Shown here piece after piece: positions 1-12,297 of a stretch of DNA of 64,000 nucleotides. The notes under the pieces were generated by a model. The model worked only from the letters and a program-made list of their open reading frames with translations. It ran no database searches and was not told the origin of the DNA. Location of the stretch: contig NC_042997.1 of assembly GCF_006345805.1 (NCBI RefSeq), positions 20,150,001 through 20,214,000 on the forward strand, written 5' to 3'. This DNA comes from Octopus sinensis (lineage: Eukaryota). A program made the translations under genes and the position numbers. Position 1 is the stretch's first letter; every line of letters begins with the position of its first letter.

Positions 1-1039
1 ATTTGGTTTGAAAGTTTCTTGTGCAAACTTGTGTGTTGAAACATACTTTGTTACATCTCAGGAGGGTAAACTGAATTCATTTGTTCAGATTCATGTAGGT
101 GTGATTTCAAGGAGATCTGGTTAAAATTTCTAGTATGTTGATTGACTGCATTCAATACTCCTCATTGGCTAATTGCTTGGGGTTATATAAAAGAAAGACC
201 CCCATTCCACATTGTCAATATTTATTTTGTTAAGGGTTTATTTGTGTTATATTATTTATAAATGAAGCAATAATAAAAAATGTAAAAATATTCTGTATAT
301 TTCCTTATGTCTGATTTTTTTTTTTTTGTTTTTAGTAAATTGAAAGAGAAAAATTTTAACAATTTTTTTTTTCTGAAAAGCCAAATGAATTTAGAATGAG
401 ATGCTTTCCCCATTAAAGTCTGGAGTCATCTTCAGTGACTGAATTAAGAATAAATTAATCAGTAGCTTGATAGAATAAAGTTGCAGTTTGGTTCTCGAAT
501 TTAATGTTATTATATTGGCAATATTTTGTTAGTATTTCTAATGGAAGTATTTTAATTTATGTACAGTCATGTATGCACACATATACATACTCAACTACAT
601 TAATACACCAGAAAATTGTCTTTCTAACACTCTAACCCTGTGTTTATAGTATGTTTTGTTAATATTGATTTTTTTTACAAGTACAATGCACACACACACA
701 CATATTTAGTAAGTAGTGTATTAAATTAAAATTACCACAGTATATTACTAGTATATATTTTCCTACACCATTAGAAATAGTTTTGTTAAACCAGTTCAAT
801 GCAGTACCAGTTTGGTGAATTGGAGAGTTGCTATCCTATATTTTCACTATATGTATTAGTGTGTTCTAGTCAGTAGAGAAATAAGTGTTTTGAGATGTTT
901 TTGAATTTCATTTCGAAATATGTGAAAGAGTGATTTTGGAAGGTAGTTTATTCAAAGTGTTCCATATTTTGTAATACAATTTTTGAGTCAAGTACGTCAA
1001 CACCAACATCAAAATAAAAATCAAATGGAAATTGTAGTT

Positions 1040-1357
1040 AAGATACCCATGCCAGTGGCATGTAAAAAACACCGTCTGAACGTGGCAGATGCCAGCGCTG
1101 TTGGACTGGCATGACATGTAAAAAGCACCAACTGATCATGGCCGTTTGCCAACCTCCCCTGGCCCCTGTGCTGGTGGCACGTAAAAAGCACCCACAACAC
1201 TCATGGAGTGGTTGGCATTAGGAAGGGCATCCAGCTGTAGAAACACTGCCAGATCAGACTGGAGCCTGGTGCAGCCTCCTGGCTTCCCAGACCCTGTTCG
1301 AACCATCCAACCCATGCTAGCATGGAAAACGGACATTAAACGATGATGATGATGAAT
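1040..1357 (+). mobile_element. RTE-clade LINE 3' UTR fragment with (GAT)n tail
   Basis: Subrepeats GCCAGTGGCA(C/T)GTAAAAAGCACC, then AGGAAGGGCATCCAGCTGTAGAAAC...AACCCATGCTAGCATGGAAAACGGACATTAAACGATGATGATG. The same 3' end is joined to the RTE ORF2 C-terminus at 11613-12297. Confidence 0.8.
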
Positions 1358-1419
1358 TTGCCATAGAATCTTAGGATGAATACTACAGTAACTGGCCTGT
1401 CATTGGTATGCATATAATG

Positions 1420-1608
1420 GTTCTAAATTTTGGCACAGGAGTAAATCAGTTATATTGATCCCAGTGCTCAACTGGTACTTATTTTATTGACCCCTAAGGA
1501 ATGAAAAGCAAAATCAACCTCTGCAGAATTTGAACTCAGAACATGAAGGCAGATGAAATACCATTAACAATTGTGCCCAGCAGGTTAACTGTTCTGCCAG
1601 CTAGCTGT
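1420..1608 (-). mobile_element. tRNA-derived SINE family A, degenerate
   Basis: Reverse complement matches the younger copies at 20900-21128 and 46752-46975 (GAGCTGGCAGAA head, GTTCTGAGTTCAAATTC B-box, TAAGTACCAGT body). Confidence 0.7.
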
Positions 1609-1629
1609 CTTAATGGTATGCATCAACTA

Positions 1630-1845
1630 TTGTTTTCAAATTTTGGTATAAGGCTAATAGATTCAGGGAAAGGTGTAAGTCAATTACATCGACCCTAGTG
1701 TTCAGCTGGTACTTATTTCATTAAACTCCTAGAAGCTGAAAGGCAAAGGTGGCCTTAGTGGAATTTGAACCCAGAACATAAAGATTGACGAAATGCCCTT
1801 AAGCATTTTTCCTGTCATGCTAACGGTTCTGTCAGCTCACCACCT
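1630..1845 (-). mobile_element. tRNA-derived SINE family A, second adjacent copy
   Basis: Same motifs as the copy above: ATCGACCC..GTACTTA..TGAAAGGCAAAG..AATTTGAACCCAGAAC..CAGCTCACC on the + strand. Confidence 0.75.
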
Positions 1846-2007
1846 TAGTGGTATGTGTATAATAAGCATGATACATAACAGGCTAATTTATCATGTATTG
1901 TTTTGCATAATTGTTGCATATTGATACTTCATAAATGTAATTATTTCTACTGTAGAAAGTCAGGAAATATAATAATTAAAATTTAGTTCTACAAAAACAA
2001 GAAAGAT

Positions 2008-2190
2008 CATCATCATCATCATCATCATCATCGTTTAACGTCCGTTTTCCATGCTAGCATAGGTTGGACGGTTCTACTGGGGTCTGTGAAGCCAGAAGGC
2101 TTCATCAGGCCCAGTCAAATCTGGCAGTGTTTCTACGGCTGGATGCCCTTCCTAACGCCAACCACTCCATGAGTGTAGTGGGTGCTTTTA
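2008..2190 (-). mobile_element. RTE LINE 3' terminal fragment
   Basis: (CAT)n-CGTTTAACGTCCGTTTTCCATGCTAGCAT...GGATGCCCTTCCTAACGCCAACCACTCC. Confidence 0.8.
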
Positions 2191-2309
2191 AAAGTAATAA
2201 TTAATTAATCATTTGATAATATTTTACAATCAAAATCTGTTCATGAAGAAGATATCTGAGTACTGATGCTTCTTGTAGACTGGGAATAGAATTTTAAAAT
2301 ATATATTTG

Positions 2310-2495
2310 TTGTTGTGGTTTTGCTCCATCTCAGGGAAGCTGGTGATCAAGTTTCCAGCAATGACTAATACTTACTTTTTGTATATCCAAGACTATATCA
2401 TTTATTGTTTCCTTTTTATATTAAGACATTAGAATGTGAGTTGATGGAGTTTTGACTGCTATTTTTAGCTTGTCAAGTGACTGCAAAGAAACTTT
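2310..2495 (+). repeat. Unclassified interspersed repeat (family D), degenerate
   Basis: Shares the TGATCAA...TTT(G)GCTGCTATTTCTAGC-like end with 62760-62940 (+) and 54975-55180 (-). Confidence 0.35.
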
Positions 2496-4092
2496 CCAAT
2501 TGATTGTGAAGCCCTAGATGGTTACTTTGTAGGTTAGTTGAAAAGACAGACATAATATTGGGGGCATACTTTTAAAAAGAATTCTAGTAAGTATAGCTTG
2601 GAGAAGTGACACAAGTACATTTGCAAGGAAGTTTTATTTTAAATATTACATGTTTATCAGAGAATATTAACATGTGAAATTTAGAAAAGGAGATGGTTAA
2701 TAAAAATTTAGGTTTTATTGGCAAAGAGAAGGATGAGGGAGAGAGAGGTGAGGAGAGATGGGAGAGAGAGAGAGATAGTGTAGGAGAGTGAGAGAAAAAG
2801 AGAGTGCAAGAGAGGTTTTGTTTATATTTCTTAGAATAGTCTATAAATATTTGATCAATTGATCAATGTGTTGGTTAAAAGTCATGTGTTTATTTAATAT
2901 ACTTGCTTTAGATAGCAGAAAACATTAGAATATCAGTGGTATTGAAGACAGATTTTCTCTCATTATATAGTAATGAGAGATAATCGTGTACATAGATTTA
3001 TTGCATAGTTTTTGAGCAATGCTTTTGTTAATCAATCATCTGCATATCTATTTTGAGAGTTTCATATATTCAGGCAGATGGGGAACATATTAATATCATA
3101 ATAATCATCTTCATTATCGCATATTCTTTAAAGTTAACGTGTTATAAATTAAGTTATGAAAATGCAACTGTAAATATAGAACTAGACTAGTCACAATATT
3201 TATACTGTATATATTATAGCTATCTTTAAATGGGAAAAATCAACATAATGATTAAGCATTTTGTAGCAGTTGTCCATCTATTAGATAATGCTTTTTATAA
3301 CCAGTTACCATTATTATTTTTTTTTTTTACTTTTTTTACACTATCATGGATTAAGCAAATTTTCAATATGGTAAATCATTACATGACTATCTTCAATTCT
3401 GATATGCATGACATGCACACCACCACTTCCTATAACATTTTCTGCCACGTGTATCTTCTATCTTATCAGCTGAAAGCACTTTTCCGCTAAACACTTCATG
3501 TTCTTTTGCATTATTTCTCTGTATTAGTGCAGTAGTTTATAGTTTATAATTTGAATGATATTTTTAATTTCAAACCAGACTAACACTTGCATATCACTTG
3601 TTCTGTGTCTTCCCCAAAAGTTAGCACTAACATTTGTGCCTCCTGGAGGTTTGAGGATTTCAGAGAGCAGATGGGACAGAGAATGATTTTAGTGCAACGA
3701 AAGGGGTGGGGCAGAAACTTTGTGCCAAGATAACAGGAAGACTTTGTTCCTGAAATTCTAGTGAAAATTATAGAGTGTTCCCAAGACATACTGACAATAC
3801 CTTTTGAGAGTGGAATATAATGAAGCCAGAACAGCAGTGTTGGGTTGTAGATGAGAGATGAGAGATTTGCATTACAGTGAAGAGCAACTTGTGGGATTTG
3901 CATGCAGGAAGTGTTTGGTGTGATCTAGGTTAGTCTTGAAGTCAAGTCCATGAATGTTTGTCTTAGAGTAAGAGAATTAATTGACAAAGTAGGATCATTC
4001 ATATTTTGCTTTATTTCATTGATTATTTAGTGTGGGTAACAGAGAAGATGAAAGAGAAGACTATGATTTAGTTGTTGCTAACTATCTCTTGT

Positions 4093-4345
4093 GGAGGCGC
4101 GTGGTTTAGTGGTTAGGGTGTCAGCATCATGATCGTAAGATTGTAGTTTCAATTCCTGGACCGGGTGACACGTTGTGTTCTTGAGCAAAACACTTCATTT
4201 CAGGTTGCTCCAGTCCACTCAGCTGGAGAAAATGAGTAAAGCTGCGATGGACTGGCGTCCTGTCCAGCTGGGGAACACATATGCCATTGAAACTGGGAAA
4301 CCAGGCCCATGAGCCTGGCTAGGCTTTAAAAGGGTGCATTTATTT
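4093..4345 (+). mobile_element. tRNA-derived SINE, family B head with a GCGATGGACTGGCGTCC central motif
   Basis: GGAGGCGCGTGGTTTAGTGGTTAG A-box, GTTTCAATTCC B-box, TTGAGCAAAACACTT, then GCGATGGACTGGCGTCCTGTCCAG and GAAACTGGGAAACCAGGCCCATGAGCC. Confidence 0.8.
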
Positions 4346-4519
4346 TTTTAACTAGCTCTTACACAGTAAATATCAGCACCAAATTTGTTGAGACACAAGG
4401 CGGAAGTATTTTCTGGCCTTGAAACTGGTTAGCTTGTTGAAGGATTTAACTATACTATGTATATCTGATTACCACACATATATCATCAAAGATTTGGAGG
4501 CATAACATTTGTAGAGTCT

Positions 4520-5100
4520 TTATGTTATTTTAGTTGCATGCTGTCCAGGAATGAGAATATGAGCTACAAAACTGTTTTAATTTTATGTGCCGTAATTGTG
4601 TGTTTGAGCTGTTGAAAGAGATTAGATTGTCAGGTCCCTTCATTTGAGAATTGTTTTCAAGTTCTTTGATCATTAAAGCAATGTAAATTTGGTGTGATGT
4701 GTCTCAGTTGCATGTGGATAATGTTTGTGTGACGAAGGTTGTAAAGTTGGGAAGGGTGGAATCTGTCAACTGCATAGGAGTGAGCATTGATAAAAGTAAG
4801 AGAAGGCAGGTTATTAATGTGAAAGAAGCTGATAGAGTTTTAGTCAGAGACAGTGCCATCAATGCATGCTGTGATGGTGCTATCTAACTGAAAGGTTACA
4901 ATCCAAGGGATGAAAAGATGGATCAGATCCATAGATGGACAACTTAGCAAGGAGGTTCTTGTACCTGGTACTGTCAAAATGTCACTAATATCGAGTGCGA
5001 TGGCATGTAGTGAGCAGAACATTCAGCTTATTGCATAAGGTCTCTGAAATCGAAATTGTTTCTTCATTTTGGTATTAAAAATGTCATTGATAAAATATCA
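4520..5100 (-). mobile_element. Degenerate reverse transcriptase fragment, CR1/L2/Jockey-group LINE
   Basis: Minus-strand peptides ALDISDILTV (cf. ALDISKAFDRV), KLSIYG, WIVTFQLDSTITACIDGTVSD (cf. WISSFLSDRSISVVVDG), FHINNL and HSYA-D-ST, in RT motif order with frameshifts. Confidence 0.6.
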
Positions 5101-5820
5101 AAGATGTTTAGATACATAACAATAATAATAATCTTCATTTCAACTACCCCATATAATTGATGTCATAGTGTTTTGCTGCTGGAGACAACAAGGTAGAGAA
5201 AATATAAGAGACGTCTATTATATAATAAGTTGAAAGTTTACATGGTTAAGACAAGCAACTAAAAAGTGATCAGAAAGCCAGTCAGTTGGAACTAGCAACA
5301 AAAGACAGCAGAGATTGTTAGTAAAATCAACATTTTCCAGGGTTTGTCAGACAGCCTTTTCCATCACAGCTAACAGCCAAATAATGAATGGACAGCACAA
5401 AATAGTGAATTTTTAACAAAGTAAAACAACAGTTTTCACTTTTCCCACTTTTTGACATTACAAAAACAGCAGATTTTCTATACAAACTTTGCAAACTGAC
5501 AGCAACTGAACAGTCACAGAAATTTACTTGTATTTAGCTTGTCACACTTAGGTACACATTTAGCTAAATGTATCAGTACCTCAGTTCTGACAGTTCCATG
5601 ATATAAAATGTAACTTATTTGCTGTTTAAATATAAACTTTTCACCATGAACAATATATTTGTTTTGTGTTTTCTCTTTTGAAATAAACGATTTTCTCTTT
5701 TGAATTAAGTTAATTACTTTCTTCTTACAAACTAAACCGCATGTTGACTCAAAGCTCTTGAATATTCTGAATAATATTTTGTGATTATAGTAATTGTGTC
5801 TTTTTAGTAGTCTTTTACAG

Positions 5821-6038
5821 AACAGAATAAAAACGGTGTTTCTCTAAATGCTGAAGTCAGCCACTATGCTCGCTCCATAGAAAACTGCAAAGAAATTACT
5901 CCAAGAATTACTTTTACTGACCAAGAATCAATTCGAAAGAATAGGTTCAATGTAGATTTAGTCGTCAATGAAATAGGCAAAGGATTCAAGTCGTTAGAGA
6001 TTACTCATATTGATTTTTTTCCTCCATCATTTTTGTGA
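5821..6038 (+). other. Candidate exon or unexplained stop-free frame of about 71 codons
   Basis: Follows TTTTTAGTAGTCTTTTACAG. Translates QNKNGVSLNAEVSHYARSIENCKEITPRITFTDQESIRKNRFNVDLVVNEIGKGFKSLEITHIDFFPPSFL*. CpGs retained locally. No recognisable homology and no strong donor. Confidence 0.15.
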
Positions 6039-6799
6039 TGTAAAAACAGAGAACAATAGATTGGTAGTTGTCTGAGTCAGAAAGGTTGCCTGTTTTGTGA
6101 ATGAGACAATGTATCTTGTTTCCATGACCAATATAAATTGTGATCTTGGAAGCAAAATCTTCCCAATAGATCTCCTTGTCAAAAGATAAAAACTGAAGAA
6201 TTGGGACTTGGAGTTAAGAAGTGGTGAGCACTATTTCAGGGTGATAGAAGTGACTTTGTCTTGGACGGTGATTGATGTGTAGATTTTAAGCCACAAGAAG
6301 TGGTTTTGCATTTTATGTAGAGTAAAGAAATAGAGTTTTGTTGTGTGTGTGCAATTTCAAATTGGATGTATAGCAACCACAAAGTGTCGGAGAGGTCTCT
6401 GTGAAAGTACTGCTCATGTAGCTATTATATCTGAGAGGTAACTGGAAGAAGGATTTTGAAACGTGTGTAGAGTTATTCTTTGTGCAGATATAAAGGTATC
6501 TTTTACTTTGTAGATAGTAGTCTTGAAAGGGCTGTAGCATTGGTAATCTCTCCTCCATAACATAGCCATTACTGCATCTCCAAAACTACCCTTCATCTTG
6601 GGAGTCAGAAATACTTCATCTCAATCAGCTGGTATGATACTGGTGTTTAAATACCAAAATTTGCAAACAATTATGGAGATATCATGCTAGTTACTTGCTT
6701 ACCTAATGAGTGGCAGGAAAGTAATAGCAATATAGGGTGTTTATGAATTATATTTACAACTTCCATACTTTTAAACTCAATATTGTAAAGGGACTTTAT

Positions 6800-7110
6800 G
6801 GACACCTTGTATTAATTGGCACTTTAGTATCACTGGAAATAATTACAGGGGTAAAATAGATGCACTGATGAGATGCAGTAATACAGAGGACTGAAACTGA
6901 TTGACCAAGTAATAATTGAGTGAGTTAAAGCAAAGTTAGTCCAAAACAAGATGATTTTGAATCTGATGTAGTTCAGATTTATTACAGGCAATGGAACAAG
7001 AAATGCTATATTTCAGCCATAGCAACTGCAAGAGAATATCTTAGCTAAGAGAAAAATACTGTACTTTGCATTAGTCTATCCCATAAATGGTCTGAACACT
7101 AGCAACTTAC
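6800..7110 (+). mobile_element. Degenerate RTE LINE RT fragment
   Basis: NNYRG motif, then M*FRFITGNGTRNAIFQP*QLQENILAKRKILYFALV, matching the QFGF..GR.TTDAIF..RQLQEK.LAK...LY.AFVD block seen less decayed at 18890-19110. Confidence 0.65.
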
Positions 7111-9165
7111 AGCTGCCCAATTTTGTAGATGGCCTATCAAAGAAGAAAAGTACTTGCTTTCTGGAGCTAATTACTGCCGTTAATGAATTCCTTAAGTTTT
7201 CATAGACATATAGATTTTATTTTTAAAAGATCTGTATATTTGTAATAATTAAAATGAGTGTAGACCTTATTAGATCTTAGTATTTTAACGTTGCAGTTTA
7301 TTTCTATTACGAAACAATCTTACATGAAGAGAAATTGTTATTCCAGGAAGATAGATAAACACCAATGGAATAATGCACTATTATTTCCAGTGTCTGAAAA
7401 ATTAAACACTCAAACTTACTTTTGGAAAAGAAAACACAAAAATTGGAAAAGAAATTTAATTATTCTCTGTAAAGAATATTAGAGTTTGAAAAGAATAAAG
7501 AAAAGTCATTCTTAGAAATTTGATTCATGTCTTGTCAATTCACAAGAAGATTATCTGAAGAATATTGTGTGACAATTTATAGCAGGTAGAGAGAAGTACA
7601 AATTGATCAAGCACTAGTGAATCAGTATTCACTTGGGAAATTACGGTACCAATGTATCTTTCTCAATGTTTATCTCAGACATTAACATAAGTCTGGAAGC
7701 TCATCAAAGGAAAAGAGAAGAAAAAAAAAATCTTTTTCAACAAGGGGAATAATTTAATCATTCTTTGCTGGCTGCTAAGCATAGAAAGCCATTAATCATT
7801 GACTATACTCATTTCAGTTATAACATGGAGGTTAAAAGCTATGGATATTACTGATCAATCAAATTTCTCAGCATTCAAACATGATATATGACCATTATAT
7901 CAGTTTCTAATCTGTCCACTGTATATCCAATTCTGGGTGGTCATTCTCCTGAAGAAAACATACAAAGGATGATTGCTTTTTATCTGACAAATGTTTTAAA
8001 CCGATATTCTCATTTATCTTATTGTATAAGAAGACCTCGACTCACAATGTATCTGAATTCATTATAGCAACATTGATCTAGGCCAACTATTCAAAAGAAA
8101 TTAAATGACTGTCAGTTCAACAGCAACCATATTGAAAACATCCTTTTTATAACATGATGCATAAACGGAATTTGAAAAAAAAAAATACACCGCTTTTTTT
8201 TTTTAACTATGCGAACAAAAACTACACAAAGGAGCCCAAACAAATAATGGGGCTTCTCTATGCATGACTTGCTGAAAATAACAGCCAAATCTGTCTTAGC
8301 TCACATACTACTGTTTTAAAAATGGAAAGGACACATAAGATTAGGTCATCTTAGATACAGTTTAATTGGATTGGAAGGTCATGACTGGAAAATTTCAACT
8401 CATAGGATTGAGTTGCATCAACATAAGAGTGAACATGTGTCATCAACATTATATATATTGATAGAAAAATTGAGACATGGATGTAGGCACATTCGTGTGG
8501 TTAAGAATACATGCCAGCACTGCCTGATGAATAAGAAGCTTACTTCACAGTCAATGATTTGGGATTTGATCTCACTGCAGCAACTATTGCTGTGGGTAGA
8601 CTGAAATTTTGTGAGCGAAATTGATTAAATGGAAATTTACAAAAGCTTGTTCAATTGACTGTATTTGTCCAATAGTAATCAATTTTATCTGTTGATTGGT
8701 TTAACAACATTACCTGGCTCTCAAGACTACTCTGATTTAAGCATTTGGTTTTTGGTATAAAGATAACCCAGGACTTATGATTCCTACCTTCATGGCTTAT
8801 TGCTATTTACAGGAAAAAACTACAAACAAATCATGTAAGCTGACCTTCTTCTCCTAACTAAAACATGAAGAAAAATTATAAAAATTTTAGAACAGTGTTG
8901 TTATTTCCATTGTTTGGACTCAGCTGATCTATCCTATCTAGTTTTCAAACAGGGTATCTAGGACTACATTATCCATTATTGCCTTCTACTTTTCAGATTT
9001 TACAATGAGAAATAAAAGAGGTTTGTCTGCCATTTTGAGTTAGACATACAACTATAGAGAGTTCTCTCAGCTAACTCATTGGAGTATTTAGATCATATAC
9101 TGTAAGAAACAAGGTCATATTGAAGAGAACATTGAAAAAATGAATTCGTTGATATGTGTGGAAAG

Positions 9166-9206
<41 letters not shown>

Positions 9207-10297
9207 GCTAATTTTAAGCAAAAGTAGCCCAAATATATGAACATTTCAATGAAAGTGAGTATGATGGTAGAGGAGATGAGAATAATGAATAACGTCCAGT
9301 TTCTACCTTAATGATACTATAAAGAAAATTGCCTATCATTTCTATATTGACCTTTATTTACCTCTCGTTCATTATATCTTCCTTTACTTGATTGATATCA
9401 TCGCCCTCACAGCCTCCTTACATTCATCATTTTTATTTATATCATTGATTCTTTACTTATACATAAAACCTTAAATTTACAATAAAACTGAAAGATATTG
9501 CTTTCTTTCCTCGGATTTTCTGAATGCCATTGAGATCATTAAAAAATTAACTGGTTTTAATTGAGATTTTAAAAAATTGGGCTCATAAGATTTGGTCACC
9601 ACTGGAGCTTGTCTCAATATTTATCCAAGACCGCTTTCCTCAAACTTTCAAGGTGGTAGCAAAGCAGTGAAACTTCGCAGACAATTTTAGCTATATATAA
9701 CACTTTTAAGTCCATAGTTCTTAGAAAAGAAATAAAATACAGAAATAGAATGGTCTCAATTTGAAAGGGAGCTGTAAGACAAAGACTAAAGGTTTGGTTG
9801 GGCTGAAAATGGTGCAACATTTTTATGTTCTTGAATAACAAATATTATTTTCCACTATCTTTCTATTGAAATATATCACCTGTTTCTTCTACATATCTTG
9901 TAATAGTTTACCTATCCAATTAGTAACTGTTTTTCTAAGTCCATAGAAAAATGTTCAAACCTGTAGAAATATCCAAATTATAATAACAGAAGGGAAAAAA
10001 AAGAGTTGTAAAACAGAAGTAAATTATGACTGCAAGTTTTGTTATTTTTTAATATTTTTAAATATTTTTTTATATTTCAATTTTGTTGCTTTTAGTGTGA
10101 TTATATTACCATCAACATTGACATTATATCCCATCACTGAATTAGTGGTGTCAGCAGTATCATATTCATTACTGTCATTGTTAACATCATCTCATCTTTA
10201 TTCCTAGCATCATCATCATTGTTATAATCATTGCTGCCATCGTTTAATCATCATTATCCATGCATTACCTCCCCCTGCCCTTGCTTTTGTTTATATC

Positions 10298-10326
10298 AGT
10301 ATGACTGATATATATATATACATACA

Positions 10327-10376
<50 letters not shown>

Positions 10377-10426
10377 GGTACACATACACATGCATACATA
10401 TTTATATACATACATATGTATATATA

Positions 10427-10476
<50 letters not shown>

Positions 10477-10515
10477 GCATACACATATGTACATATGTAT
10501 GCATGTATGTATGTA
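10298..10515. repeat. Compound microsatellite (TA)n/(CATA)n/(CA)n
   Basis: Direct inspection. Confidence 0.95.
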
Positions 10516-11612
10516 TTATTTCTCAGTGATTTTCATGAAAACCTACTTTGAAATAATATCAGTGGTATTGTTTGGAAAAACAAAATATCAAACCCAACAT
10601 TCAATTAGTAGACAGAGAGTCTGACGGATGAGGAAAATCCCTGATTTTATCAATAACTTCTCCATTAACAATTCACAATCTGCAATAAAAGCATTTTTGA
10701 TTGCTTATTTTATTTTGCCAAATTTCAATTTTATTTAATTTCTTCTTTCAGAATAACAGATAATGATTATCAGTTTTGTGGAAGCTATTCATTTTTTGTT
10801 TTGTTTGCAAAATTTGAAGATCCTTTCAGACTTTATTACTCGCATTTGTTGAAAACAAAATACCAGAGTGGGTGGTTGGGGGTGGGGGATGGTGGTGGTG
10901 GTGGAGGTGGTGGTGATGCTGGTGCTGGTGGGAAAATGAAATATATTTCGTGCTGAAGGAGGCTATTGTCCAGTTCTATAGGATGAAAATCATTGTTGAA
11001 TAAAATAAGTATGAATAAGAAAATGTGTTTTGAGTAGTGGATAGAAATCTAATCTAGACGAGAAATCTAAAATTTAAAGGACATAAACAATTAGTTCAAC
11101 TGAAAGAAAATATGTTAAAAGTTATATTCCTAGATCAAGATAAAATAAAAACATTTCCCAAATTAATTGTCATAATAGCATCAGCAATGACGATGATAAT
11201 AATGGTATACAGTTGCAAGTGCTGTGAGCATACCTCTACTCACAAGGAGCTGTTAATTTCCTCCTTGTGGCCTACATTTGTTACAGCTCAAATTCTACTG
11301 ATTAGATACATGAAACCAATGCATATATGGGATAAGTGAAAATTTGTTGAACACTGGTAAAAACTTATACAATTATATGCTCTTTCTGTCATCACTGTCA
11401 AACGTAACTAATGTCTTATGTTAGAATGTGCATTGAAGGTAGCCGCAATTTTTTCAGATGTTGAATTATAAATTATTAAGTTTGTCATCATATGTTAGAA
11501 ATAGTTAGCTAGAAATATTTCACAGTGTGTTTCCATGAAATCCGTGTGTGGTATAAAATAAAAGTTTGTCAATTATCCATTTCTAGTTTGGAAGTTTTTG
11601 TAATATTTGTTT

Positions 11613-12297
11613 CATCATCATTATCATCATCATCATCGTTTAACGTCCGTTCTCCATGCTAGCATGGGTTGGATGGTTCGACCGGGGATCTGGGCTCCAG
11701 TCTTTTCTGGCAATGTTTCTACAGTTGGATGCCCTTCCTAACGCCAACCACTCCATGAGTGTAGTGGGTGCTTTTTACGTGCCACCCGCACAGATGCCAG
11801 GCGAGGCTAGCAACGGCCAGGGTCGAATTGGTGCATTTTACGTGCCACCGGCACGGAAGCCAGTCGAGGCGGCACTGGCTTCGGCCACGATTCGGATGGT
11901 GCTTTTTACGTGCCACTGGCACGGAAGCCAGTCATAGGATTGGTTCAATTTCGATTCCGATTCCGATTTCGATTTCACTTGCCCCAACAGGTCTTCGCAA
12001 GCAAAGTGGGGTTGGCATGGGTGCCTGTCATCGGATGAGGTTCGATATCGACTTCGCTTGCCTCAACAGGTCTTTGTGTGTCCAAGGGAGGAAGGCATGC
12101 ATAAGTGGGCTGGACTCACTTGTCCTGCCTGGTCTTCTCACGTACAGCATATTTCCAAAGGTCTCGGTCACTGGTCATTTCCTCAGTGAGGCCTAAAGCT
12201 CGAAGGTCGTGCTTCACCACCTCGTCCCAGGTTTTCCTGGGTCTACCTCTTCCACGGGTTCCCTCAACTGCTAGGGATTGGAACTTTTTCACACACC
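11613..12297 (-). mobile_element. Young RTE LINE 3' end (ORF2 C-terminus, 3' UTR and tail)
   Basis: Minus strand encodes VKKFQSLAVEGTRGRGRPRKTWDEVVKHDLRALGLTEEMTSDRDLWKYAVREKTRQDK* (typical RTE ORF2 end with GRGRPRKTW), then subrepeats and the (GAT)n tail. CpGs retained. Confidence 0.9.

Noticed and set aside
3580-3903. 107-aa minus ORF, possibly a Penelope/GIY-YIG remnant
   Set aside because: Diagnostic motifs could not be recovered in any frame; left unassigned.
6100-6600. ORFs 6313-6596, possibly a LINE endonuclease relic
   Set aside because: No conserved APE motifs visible.
10296-10624. ORFs rich in YI/HT/CV/MY (also 22765-23284, 30477-30781, 32099-32355, 34804-35427, 39002-39475, 61230-61531)
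   Set aside because: Translations of (TA)n, (CA)n and (TATG)n microsatellites, which lack stop codons.
10865-10935. G-rich (GGT)n tract with G-quadruplex potential
   Set aside because: Ordinary simple repeat with no supporting context.
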